DNA of 64,000 nt, taken from assembly GCA_039793485.1 (NCBI GenBank), contig JBAMLO010000049.1, forward strand, positions 4,157-68,156, given 5' to 3'. Shown here piece after piece: positions 29,199-37,955 of this stretch (its first letter is position 1; each line of letters begins with the position of its first letter). Position numbers and translations under genes: made by a program. This DNA comes from Nitrososphaera sp. (GTDB lineage Archaea > Thermoproteota > EX4484-205 > JAAOZO01). Under the pieces are notes generated by a model, which was not told the DNA's origin, searched no databases, and was given only the letters and a program-made list of their open reading frames with translations.

Positions 29199-30506
29199 TT
29201 GGAGGTAGGTGCCGCAAAAGTAGACATAACGCCTACTAACAATGTTTGGCTGGGCGGGTTTGCTGCAAGGTACAAACCAAGCGAAGGGGTGCACGATCCA
29301 CTATTTGCTAAAGCCTTCTTCATAAGCTCAAGAAGTTCTGAAGCCCTGTTAATCTCATGTGATCTTTTGAATATTCCAGAAGAACTCTACTCCATAGCTT
29401 CGGAAAAGATTTCTAGCGAGACGGGCATCGAACAGAACGCCATTCTAATAGCTGCTACTCATACTCATTCCGGTCCCTCGCTTTCTCCAAATATTTCTTC
29501 TTCAGCCAATCACGAGAATAAATCAAACAATGCTTACTACAGATCGTTACCAGGTCTAATAGCAGAAGCAGGTATAAGGGCAGTAGAGAAGTCAAGAAGC
29601 GGTTACATTGGCTTTGGTTCAACTAGTCTAAACATTTCCTTTAACAGAAGGAAAAAAGATGGACCGACCGATCCTGAGCTAATAGTTGCATTTGCAACAG
29701 ACCACGACAAAAATCCTATAGCAGTAACTATTAACTACGCATGCCATGGTGTAGTTCTTGGTCCAAGCAATTATCAAATTTCTTCAGATTTTATGGGCTA
29801 TGCTACCAGAACCGTTGAATCCTTAATAAAGGATAAAGTAGTGTCTTTGTTTTTTAATGGTGCTGATGGAGACCTCAACCCGATAACTTGCAAGGGCTAC
29901 GCTTGTAATGGAACGTTTGACGATGTAGAACGTCTAGGACTTGCTCTGTCTGACAGGGTGATAGATGCAATTCAGAACGTTACGCTGTTAGACAACATTG
30001 AAATAGGTCATGCGTTTAAAAAGATGGACGTGGAACTAGAAAAACCTTCTCTTGAACTCGCTGAAAAAATGTACAGGGAACAAGAAAACTACATAAAGAG
30101 TTTTTCTTCGAGCCGCTCTCCAACAGAAGCTATTCCTGCAGATAAAATTGAAGAGGCTACAGCAGTACTAAAATACTTAAGGAAAAACTTAGATAAAATA
30201 AAAACACAAAACTTTCCGGACAAAACTGTTGCAAATTTACAAGCAATCAGAATTGGTGATTACGCCATATTGGCTTTACCTGGTGAACCATTCGTAGAGC
30301 TTGGTCTTAAGATAAAGTCAAACTCACCCTTTAAGTTAACTTCTGTGTTTTCTTATGCAAATGGCTATGTTGGATATATTGCCCCTTTAACTTCCTATGA
30401 GGAAGGGGGATATGAAGTAATGCCTACGTATTGGAATAGGCTTAAGAAAGGCTCCGGAGAGTTGTTTGTTGAAGAAGGACTGAAGCTTTTGGGTTCGCTA
30501 AAGTAG
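29199..30506 (+). CDS. Neutral/alkaline ceramidase-like hydrolase family protein
   Basis: N-terminal GAAKVDITP...GVHDPLFAKAFFI...ATHTHSGP parallels bacterial neutral ceramidase (GVGKADITG...ARAFVI...ATHTHSGPG). TTG start. Confidence 0.55.
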   Translation: MEVGAAKVDITPTNNVWLGGFAARYKPSEGVHDPLFAKAFFISSRSSEALLISCDLLNIPEELYSIASEKISSETGIEQNAILIAATHTHSGPSLSPNISSSANHENKSNNAYYRSLPGLIAEAGIRAVEKSRSGYIGFGSTSLNISFNRRKKDGPTDPELIVAFATDHDKNPIAVTINYACHGVVLGPSNYQISSDFMGYATRTVESLIKDKVVSLFFNGADGDLNPITCKGYACNGTFDDVERLGLALSDRVIDAIQNVTLLDNIEIGHAFKKMDVELEKPSLELAEKMYREQENYIKSFSSSRSPTEAIPADKIEEATAVLKYLRKNLDKIKTQNFPDKTVANLQAIRIGDYAILALPGEPFVELGLKIKSNSPFKLTSVFSYANGYVGYIAPLTSYEEGGYEVMPTYWNRLKKGSGELFVEEGLKLLGSLK

Positions 30507-30573
30507 GAAGTCTATTTCCGCTAAGTTCAAGAAGATTTATATCTATAGTATTTTTCATTCTGCTTTTAAAAGC

Positions 30574-31776
30574 GTGCGCAAAATGAAGTTTACGAACTTC
30601 CAAATAATTTTTCTACTTGGCTTTTTAACATGGAGTTCGCTTGCTCCCCTTTACCTGTACTATGGCTGGTACTTAAGGTCTGAAGGTATAAGCTACGTTG
30701 AGATAGGAATGGTTTTAAGCTCAAACGTTATTTTTACATTTTTTGCTCAGTTGCTTTCTGGATTTCTTTTTGATCGTTTCCATAATTATAAATATTTACT
30801 TCTTTTTACTTTTCTCATTAGATCTTTGTCTACCTCATTCATTGCCTATTTACCAAATCCACGTGACACTTACATTTGGTATGTTCTATCCTCTTTTTCT
30901 TTAGGCATGTTCTCCCCTCTCTCGCAATCCATAATTGCTGAAACATCAAGAAGTGAAAAATTGGGTACAAACTTAGGTCAATTTAGGCTTTCTGGTTCCG
31001 CTGGATGGGTTTTTTCTTGCATAGTTTCTGGATTTGTTGCGATGCAATCGTTAAAGGGATCTTTTGTTCTTGCATCCTTCTTCTCTATACTATCGCTTCC
31101 TCTTATACTATTGCTTAAAACTAGCGCCAACACTAGCCAGAACGTTAATAACTTAAATCTTAGCAAAGACACTAACAATAGTACAAGACAAAATAATTTA
31201 GCTATATTCCTTTTTTACTTAAGTATATTTCTTGCCAGCATTGGAATGGGAGCAGCTAGCAATTTTTTGAATATATTTATTTTAGAAAATGGAAACAATG
31301 CTCTTTCACTTTCTCTAATTTTGGCAATTGGTGCACTAGTTGAAGTTCCCTCTATGTTGCTCTCAGGAAAGCTTTCTGATGCAGTAGGCCCGTTGAAACT
31401 TCTCTCAGTAAGTGAGTTCTTCTTGGGGTTGGTGTACTTAGGCTATGCGTCTGTAAAAAACCTTTATAGCTTTTTTGTAGTTCAGTCCTTCAGAGGGCTT
31501 TTTTATGCTATTTTTACAGTTTCCGGTATGCACTTTAGTTCTATCGCAGGAGGAGAAAAGAAAAGAGGCATTTCAGCAGGAGTTTACAATGTGGCTAATA
31601 CTATAGGTTTAGCTTTAGGCCCTTATTTAGCAGGATTAATTTCGCAGTATCCTCTTTTTCTCTTAGGTTCATACTCTGGCATCTCTGCTTCTTTTATTTT
31701 TTCTTTCTTTATCTCAATTTTTGCTGCGGCCTTATTGCTCCTTTACGAGTTGCTGAAAAAGCTACTAAAGTATTAG
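30574..31776 (+). CDS. Major facilitator superfamily transporter
   Basis: Twelve predicted TM helices in two 6-TM halves. Confidence 0.75.
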   Translation: MRKMKFTNFQIIFLLGFLTWSSLAPLYLYYGWYLRSEGISYVEIGMVLSSNVIFTFFAQLLSGFLFDRFHNYKYLLLFTFLIRSLSTSFIAYLPNPRDTYIWYVLSSFSLGMFSPLSQSIIAETSRSEKLGTNLGQFRLSGSAGWVFSCIVSGFVAMQSLKGSFVLASFFSILSLPLILLLKTSANTSQNVNNLNLSKDTNNSTRQNNLAIFLFYLSIFLASIGMGAASNFLNIFILENGNNALSLSLILAIGALVEVPSMLLSGKLSDAVGPLKLLSVSEFFLGLVYLGYASVKNLYSFFVVQSFRGLFYAIFTVSGMHFSSIAGGEKKRGISAGVYNVANTIGLALGPYLAGLISQYPLFLLGSYSGISASFIFSFFISIFAAALLLLYELLKKLLKY

Positions 31777-31787
31777 TTGTCTCTTTG

Positions 31788-32780
31788 TTATTTGTCGAGA
31801 TTAATTTGAGGTAAGGGCCACATTAGAAGTATCTCGTAGTTTATTCCCATAGGTTTTTCCTTAGCGCTTCCAATAAGAGTGCTTGAGCCTAACAGTAAGT
31901 CCAAAATTGATGGTTTTGGAAGCGAAATAACCTTGGTTGGTGCATCTTGTGGCAAGCCTGCAAGTTGTTTTGCTCTAGAAACCGCATACTCGAAGCTTCC
32001 AACTTCATCAACCAGTCCAACCTTCAGTGCTTGCTTTCCTAAGTATGGTTTAGCAGTTACAACTTCGCTTAGGTTTACTTTGCTTCCTCTGTTTTCTACA
32101 ACCTTTTCTATGAAGTCCTTAGCAGTTTCATTTACCATTTCTCTAAATATTTCTTGTTCGTTTTCAGTTATGTTTCTATATGGGCTGCCAATATCTTTAA
32201 AGTTACCGCTCTTAAAGGTGTATACTTCAACTCCTAGCTTATTTAATAGGTTGCCGTAATTTATAAGTACGGAAACCGCTCCTACCGAACCTGTAAGTGA
32301 CAAAGGTGAGGCTATTATTTCTTTTGAAGGCAAAGCTATCATATATCCCCCAGATGCCCCATATTCAGTTATGTACGCAACAACTGCTTTCTTTTCTGCA
32401 AGTTCCTTTACTTGGTAATAAATTTCTTCTGAGGCAGCAGCACTTCCTCCGGGGCTGTTTATCACAAAAAGAACACCTTTAGCATTTGAGTCCTCTTCCA
32501 CTGTCTTTAAGAGGCTTCTTACACTACTTGGAGTTATTGTTCTCCCCGAAATAAAACTGGATTCTTCGTATGCAATTGTACCTGAAAGTTCTACTATGGC
32601 TAAGTAGTTCTTACCTGGACCTTTACTTGGACCTGTAAACTCTAGGTACCCCACTACTAGAGTCAGCACCACTAGTATGACGATTAGAGCTAAGATCTTC
32701 TTCTTTTTTCCACTTTGATTTTCTTTCATAAATATTTTTAGTAAAGCTTTCACCATATAAAATTTATCGTGAGCTAACAA
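31788..32780 (-). CDS. sppA: Signal peptide peptidase SppA (S49 family, 36K type)
   Basis: N-terminal TM anchor and a ClpP/crotonase-like S49 domain with the GGYMIA region. Confidence 0.7.
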   Translation of the reverse strand: MLAHDKFYMVKALLKIFMKENQSGKKKKILALIVILVVLTLVVGYLEFTGPSKGPGKNYLAIVELSGTIAYEESSFISGRTITPSSVRSLLKTVEEDSNAKGVLFVINSPGGSAAASEEIYYQVKELAEKKAVVAYITEYGASGGYMIALPSKEIIASPLSLTGSVGAVSVLINYGNLLNKLGVEVYTFKSGNFKDIGSPYRNITENEQEIFREMVNETAKDFIEKVVENRGSKVNLSEVVTAKPYLGKQALKVGLVDEVGSFEYAVSRAKQLAGLPQDAPTKVISLPKPSILDLLLGSSTLIGSAKEKPMGINYEILLMWPLPQINLDK

Positions 32781-32804
32781 GAGAACCTCCTGCTAAGCGT
32801 GAAG

Positions 32805-33021
32805 GCGAACTACGAAAGCTTAAATAAACGTTGAGATACTAAAAACTTAGGGAACGTTTCTTATGCAGAAGGATGTTCAGGTCTGTGTTGAAGGAAAGGT
32901 TTTCAAGCTGAATAGGCTTGTAAAATGGCAGAGCTGTGAACTCAGCGAACCAGCAGATGAAGAGATAGGCGTGAAGTCTACCATAGGTACTGGAAGCCCT
33001 TCTGAGGGGAGAGTAGTTCGC
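32805..33021. ncRNA. Candidate structured ncRNA / repeat element, copy A
   Basis: 217-nt intergenic segment closed by a perfect 9-bp inverted repeat (gcgaactac ... gtagttcgc). It shares an exact 19-mer aaacgttgagatactaaaa and further blocks with copy B at 43.7 kb. Confidence 0.35.
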
Positions 33022-33042
33022 GTAAGTTGAGCCCAAGGTGGT

Positions 33043-33594
33043 TTGATGGTGGAATTTCTGGTGGTTTCAGTTCCAAACAAAGAGGCCAAAGCAAAAATAG
33101 AATTATTGGATGCTATTCTTTTAGCAGATAAAGATGTTAAGATAATAGAAACTGAACAAAAAAGCGCATTCAGAATAGTAACAAAACTCAACGAGGATGA
33201 CTTCTTGCATCTAGTCTTTAGTTCCTTGCCAAGATACATCGTTAGAGTCGTTCCTATTTACAAAACTTGCAGCTTAAACAAAAACGAAGTGCTCGCGTCT
33301 GCTTTAAGTTTGCTTGAAGATTTAAATTCAACTAAGAAAATTAAGGTAGAACTCAAATCTAAAAAGTCTTTAAGAAGTCTCTTAGATCCAATAAAAGAGG
33401 AGCTTCTTAAGGCAGTAAGAACAAAAGGCTATGAGCTAGACGTTATCTCTCCCGAGGTTATCCTATACCTTGAAACCATAGGCAATAAAATGATTATTTC
33501 TCTGCTACGAAGTACTCTTCCACTTTCATTGTACTCCCTGAGAGACAAAGCCTGCAAATTCGTAAAGCATATAACTGAAGAAAAAGGCACTTAA
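33043..33594 (+). CDS. Hypothetical protein (possible THUMP-like RNA-binding domain)
   Basis: 183-aa ORF with only weak resemblance to THUMP-domain proteins. Confidence 0.3.
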   Translation: MMVEFLVVSVPNKEAKAKIELLDAILLADKDVKIIETEQKSAFRIVTKLNEDDFLHLVFSSLPRYIVRVVPIYKTCSLNKNEVLASALSLLEDLNSTKKIKVELKSKKSLRSLLDPIKEELLKAVRTKGYELDVISPEVILYLETIGNKMIISLLRSTLPLSLYSLRDKACKFVKHITEEKGT

Positions 33595-33611
33595 AAGGAC
33601 AAGGAGAAACA

Positions 33612-34724
33612 ATGATGCTTGAGCCAAAAGCGCAGGACTATCTCTTTCCTTTAACTAGAGGTTATCTTCCGCCTCGTCTTCCCTTTAGGGAAAAAGAACT
33701 AAGTGAGCTAGAATCTTTCTATCTTACTGGAATTAAGCTAGGATCCTTTCCTACCTTTCTCTTAATTGGACCAAGAAGCTCAGGAAAAACCACACTTGCA
33801 CTTAAGCTAGCTGAAGGCTTAAGAGTGAAGTTAGGTCTCAGAAGCATAGTAATTGACTGCAGCGCTGAAAGCAGTGAATTCAAAATAATTTCGAAGACGA
33901 TTAACATTCTTGGCATAACTTCAAGTAGACTTAAGGGTTCTTCAACAGAAGAACTTTTATCTTTCTTACTGAGATATTTTGCTTATGACAAACTTAAAAC
34001 CTTAATGGTTCTTGATAACATTGAATGTTTGGGCATTAGCAAAAATAAATTCTTGCTTAGCGCTCTACTGAAACTAAATGAAAACTTCAGAGAGGCCAGT
34101 AGAAACCTCGCGCTACTTTTTACAGCTAATGAAAAAGAATTTGAAAACCTGAGGCAATCAATAAAAGAATTCCAGAGGGTCCCAGTACTTAGGTTAAAGA
34201 GGTATACAAAAGAACAAGTTTACAACATAATAAAGTATAGGATAAGTTTGTTGCCTCTTCACCTTAAGTTTTCTAAGAGTAGCATAGAGCGTCTTGCTGA
34301 ACTCTCAACCAGTTATGAAGATGTAAGCCTAGCTCTTTCCCTTCTTTCGAGTTTAATTTTAGAGGCAAAAAGTACAAGAAAGGAAGAGATAACTCAAAGC
34401 GACGTAGATGACATTTATTCTAAAACGATCATTTCACGTAGTCGAGAATCTTTTACTCTTTCTGATGAGGAGGCGCTAATTTTCAACGTAATCTTAGAAC
34501 TAAAAGGAAACGAGTCTCTTAATCCAATAAAGTCTAGTCTTCTATGGGAAACTTATCAAAAGGTTTGCGAAAGAAAAGGAAAAAAGTTAATTTCATACAC
34601 AAAGTTCTGGAACATACTAGTTCAACTAGAAAGAAAGGGCTTAATAAAAAGGGATGTGAAAAGCTTTGGAAGGTTTGGGAGGTCAACTTTAATTTTCGTC
34701 CATAATGAACCAAATAGAGCTTAA
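33612..34724 (+). CDS. Orc1/Cdc6-family AAA+ protein, divergent paralog with a C-terminal winged helix
   Basis: Conserved N-terminal LPPRLPFREKE (hRE motif). Walker A GPRSSGKT. The Walker B is atypical at VLDNIE, where DE has become DN. Sensor-1 LFTAN. C-terminal wH with GRFGRS. Confidence 0.6.
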   Translation: MMLEPKAQDYLFPLTRGYLPPRLPFREKELSELESFYLTGIKLGSFPTFLLIGPRSSGKTTLALKLAEGLRVKLGLRSIVIDCSAESSEFKIISKTINILGITSSRLKGSSTEELLSFLLRYFAYDKLKTLMVLDNIECLGISKNKFLLSALLKLNENFREASRNLALLFTANEKEFENLRQSIKEFQRVPVLRLKRYTKEQVYNIIKYRISLLPLHLKFSKSSIERLAELSTSYEDVSLALSLLSSLILEAKSTRKEEITQSDVDDIYSKTIISRSRESFTLSDEEALIFNVILELKGNESLNPIKSSLLWETYQKVCERKGKKLISYTKFWNILVQLERKGLIKRDVKSFGRFGRSTLIFVHNEPNRA

Positions 34725-34974
34725 AATTAGAAAAAGAGCTTTAACCCCTTTTTATCGAATACTGAAGGTGCTTTCAGAAGAGGAAGAGCTAACTATTACT
34801 CAAATTGAACTAAGGGCAAGAGTAAATCACAAAACAGCTGTATCCAACCTTATCTTGTTAAAGAATGCGGGAATGGTGTTTGAAGTATCGCTAGGTCGAG
34901 TAAAAATGTACAGACTAAATAAAGACAACGAAAGAGTACAAATTTTAATCAAATTATTTTCTTCTTGGCCTTGA
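34705..34974 (+). CDS. Small winged-helix DNA-binding protein
   Basis: 89 aa with an HTH-like TITQIELRARVNHKTAVSNLILLKNAGMV. It overlaps the end of the Orc1-like gene by 20 nt. Confidence 0.3.
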   Translation: MNQIELKIRKRALTPFYRILKVLSEEEELTITQIELRARVNHKTAVSNLILLKNAGMVFEVSLGRVKMYRLNKDNERVQILIKLFSSWP

Positions 34975-36120
34975 GCTGCCTTTCTTTTTTTCTGCTATAA
35001 AGTTCATCAAAGGAATAGTTTCAAATATGATTGTTCTGGTGGTTTCATGGTATTTTGTTTTCAGCTCTTTTATTTTTCCAGCTCTTTCCTGACTTTTTGA
35101 TATCCTTATCCATTTTTCTGACACCCTATTTGGTCTAGAAAGCCTAATGTATCCACCTTTTTTCGACTCCATAAGAGCAATCGCTAACAAATCGTAAATA
35201 TATGGAATTAATGACCACGACCTCTTCTTTTGAACAGTTGCAAGTATAAAGTCTGCGTCCGCTATTCTCTTTAAAAATTCATAAGCTTTCGTGCTGTCAT
35301 TCGCAATGTTTAGAAAGTTTCCATATATCCAGTCTAAAAGTTCATCGGGATTCATGTCTACGCTCATGAGGTGCGCTTTTGCTTCGTTTATGCTCTTTGC
35401 ATAAATTGCATGTCTAATAGCATCAAATATGCTTTCCTCTCTAAGTCTGTTTCCAAGTAAACTTTTCACTGACCCGTTGCTTATAACTTCGCTTTCTGTA
35501 GTTAATGCCTCCAAGTCTGTTAAAGCACTTCTCATGTCTCCTCCAGACCTTTCAGCAATTGCTTCCAAAGCTTCGTCTTTTATGAGAATGCCTTCTTCTT
35601 CAACAATCTTCTTTAGCCTTTTTAGTACTTGATCTTTTCTTAATCTATTAAATTCTATCATAAGACATTTTTCTCTTATTTCTCTTAAGCTTTGCTTCCA
35701 GGGGTCATTTGCAACCATAACTATTGGACTAGTTGCCTGATCAATTAACTGCTTTATAGCACTAACAGCCCCAACATCTTCTCGCTGGTATATCCCATCA
35801 ACTTCATCAAGGAAAACTAAGTTTGGTTTTCCTGAAATCGATCTGCTTCTTGAAGCTGGAAGAACTTTTTCCAGTATAACGTCTTTTGTTCTTGAGTCGC
35901 TTGCATTAAGCTCGATTAAGTTGTAGCCAAGCATTTTTGCTGCAATTTCTACTGTTAACGACTTTCCAACTCCTGCTGGTCCGTATATCAGTGCTGCCTT
36001 CTTTCCTTCTGGAGACCAGTTTTTTAACCAGTTTAAAAATTCCTCTCGCGCTTTTTCATTTCCAACTATCTCATTCCAGCTTTTGGGTTTAAATTTAGTA
36101 GTCCAAATTTCTCTAAGCAT
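34954..36120 (-). CDS. rfcL: Replication factor C large subunit
   Basis: N-terminal W..KY.P....EIVG and Walker A GPAGVGKS. Adjacent to rfcS. Confidence 0.85.
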   Translation of the reverse strand: MLREIWTTKFKPKSWNEIVGNEKAREEFLNWLKNWSPEGKKAALIYGPAGVGKSLTVEIAAKMLGYNLIELNASDSRTKDVILEKVLPASRSRSISGKPNLVFLDEVDGIYQREDVGAVSAIKQLIDQATSPIVMVANDPWKQSLREIREKCLMIEFNRLRKDQVLKRLKKIVEEEGILIKDEALEAIAERSGGDMRSALTDLEALTTESEVISNGSVKSLLGNRLREESIFDAIRHAIYAKSINEAKAHLMSVDMNPDELLDWIYGNFLNIANDSTKAYEFLKRIADADFILATVQKKRSWSLIPYIYDLLAIALMESKKGGYIRLSRPNRVSEKWIRISKSQERAGKIKELKTKYHETTRTIIFETIPLMNFIAEKKKGSSRPRRK

Positions 36121-36169
36121 TCGTTGATTTCACAGCTCACGATTAACTTTAAATGTCTTTCTCCTAACT

Positions 36170-37156
36170 CTAGCCACTGCTCTGTTTCTTTCTTTTATCT
36201 GCTGAAAGCATACTTATTTTAGCAAGTAAAGCAGAAATTTGAATTTCTGGATCCGCTCCAGAGTGAATTCTGTATTCTACATCAGCCAACATAGAAACCA
36301 TGTCTGCTTTTTCTTGAGCGCTGAGAGTTGATTGTGTCACGTTTTTGTGAATTCCTCTTATTATTTCTTTTGGGGGTATTCCTTCATTGTACAGTAAGTT
36401 GTTTAAGGTGTTCATAGCTGCCTCTAGGTCACCATGAAATGCTTTTTCAAATACTTGGTCGATTTTTCCAACTCCGGCATACCCAATGAAATCCTTTACT
36501 GATTTTACTGTTATGGCTCCTTCAATAGCTGCAGCACCTTGTGCAAAGTTAATTGCTTTTCTCATATCTCCTTCTGACTTTTCAACTATCATTTTTAATG
36601 CCTCTTCTTCGTATTTTATGTTTTCTTTAGTTGCTATTTCCTTCAGTCTTTCTAGGATTGCGCTGTCAGGAAGTGGACCGAATCTAAAAACTGCACACCT
36701 AGATTGTATTGGTTCTATTATCTTGTAAAGTTCGTTTGCTATTAAGATAAATCTTGTTGTGTTTGAGTATCGCTCCATCGTCCTCCTTAAGGCTTGTTGC
36801 GCTTCTTCGGTAGTGCTATCGCACTCATCCAGTATGATAATTTTAAATGGCACTTCGCCCAGAGGAACTGATCGAGCAAATTCCTTAACTCTATTTCTTA
36901 TAACGTCAATTCCTCTCTCATCTGAAGCGTTCAACTCTATGTAGTTTCCTGAAACATTTCCATTGTACATGTCGTAAACTAAAGCCAGTGCAGAAGTTGT
37001 CTTCGAAGTTCCAGGCGGCCCAACGAAAAGCAAGTGGGGCATATTCTTAGTTTTTACAAATGTTTCAAGTCTCTTGACGATTTCTTCTCTATCAACCATT
37101 TCGCTTAGACGCCTTGGTCTGTACTTTTCAGTCCAAACTTGCTCAGCTTCCATCAT
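36170..37156 (-). CDS. rfcS: Replication factor C small subunit
   Basis: WTEKYRP...GPPGTSKTT, the DEAD-like ILDECD motif, and the SRC motif (QSRCAVFRF). Confidence 0.9.
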   Translation of the reverse strand: MMEAEQVWTEKYRPRRLSEMVDREEIVKRLETFVKTKNMPHLLFVGPPGTSKTTSALALVYDMYNGNVSGNYIELNASDERGIDVIRNRVKEFARSVPLGEVPFKIIILDECDSTTEEAQQALRRTMERYSNTTRFILIANELYKIIEPIQSRCAVFRFGPLPDSAILERLKEIATKENIKYEEEALKMIVEKSEGDMRKAINFAQGAAAIEGAITVKSVKDFIGYAGVGKIDQVFEKAFHGDLEAAMNTLNNLLYNEGIPPKEIIRGIHKNVTQSTLSAQEKADMVSMLADVEYRIHSGADPEIQISALLAKISMLSADKRKKQSSG

Positions 37157-37412
37157 CTTGATTTTATTTAGTATTTTTAAAGCAATTTAAAGTTTTTATT
37201 AAAGCTAATGTTTTTGCTGAGGTAAAATAACTAAAAATGGACGTCTCTAAAGTCTTCTTCTAAGAAGCTCATTTTTAAGTTTTCTTAAGCTTTAGACCCT
37301 TCTAACTTTCAGAAAACTTTTGTTCAAACAACTAAAGAGTCTTAGTGTTAACCTAAATTAAACTTAAAAGATAAGGTTATATTACTCTCTTACTAGAACT
37401 ACAACTATAAGT

Positions 37413-37955
37413 TTGATGGAAAGCGAGCGTGCCCTAGTGAGTCTTTTAGTTAAAAAAGGCATAAGCAGAGTGAGAGCTGAGCTACTGATAAAGCCCATAA
37501 AAGTGGCACCAAAGTCGGAAACAGAGCTTTCTTCTACTCTTTTCGGAGAGATTCAAGTAAAGAAGTCTTCAAGTACTGAAATTCCATACTTTGCTGCTAC
37601 CATTATGGAGCGAAACGGGTTGTTGGAAATACCAAACTCTGACTTATCGGAGAAAAACCTAAAAATGCTTAGCTGGAACGAAAAGTACAAGGAAACAAAG
37701 CTTTCTTCTCTACCTGAAAACTTCTATCTCCTAGCGCAAGAAGCGCTTTTGAATACGAAAGATAAAAAAATTGATTCTCTAATTATTGAAATTGTTAGCT
37801 TAAGGATTAAAAAACTATTAAGATATCTCGTCCTTCCTTCAATTCCATCCGAGGTAATAAGTTCTTTTAGTCCAGAGGAGAAGTATCTCTTTTATTTGTT
37901 AAGAGAAGTTATAAGCTCATGGCAAAGGGAGGTGCTTGGAATTGGAGCAAGATAA
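37413..37955 (+). CDS. Possible GINS subunit (Gins23/Gins15-like)
   Basis: A 180-aa alpha-helical protein immediately upstream of, and overlapping, mcm. This is the position occupied by gins23 in several archaea. The assignment is by context only. Confidence 0.3.
   Translation: MMESERALVSLLVKKGISRVRAELLIKPIKVAPKSETELSSTLFGEIQVKKSSSTEIPYFAATIMERNGLLEIPNSDLSEKNLKMLSWNEKYKETKLSSLPENFYLLAQEALLNTKDKKIDSLIIEIVSLRIKKLLRYLVLPSIPSEVISSFSPEEKYLFYLLREVISSWQREVLGIGAR

Noticed and set aside
32805-33021. Considered whether elements A and B are RNase P RNA, SRP RNA or intron-containing tRNA genes.
   Set aside because: None of the three signatures is present: the RNase P CR-I and CR-V motifs (GGAAAGUCCGGGC, ACAGAANCCGGCUUA), SRP helix-8 motifs, or the tRNA T-loop GGTTCRAATCC. 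They are left as an unclassified candidate.
32839-33239. Small minus-strand ORFs (65 and 120 aa) overlapping intergenic element A, and a similar 65-aa ORF at 43862-44059 in element B.
   Set aside because: Their translations are not conserved between the two related elements although the nucleotide sequence is. This argues for a non-coding function.
37157-37412. AT-rich 256-bp spacer between rfcS and the gins-like/mcm unit, considered as a replication origin with ORB repeats.
   Set aside because: I could not find convincing repeated ORB-like elements by eye, so it is reported only as a possibility inside the replication-island finding.
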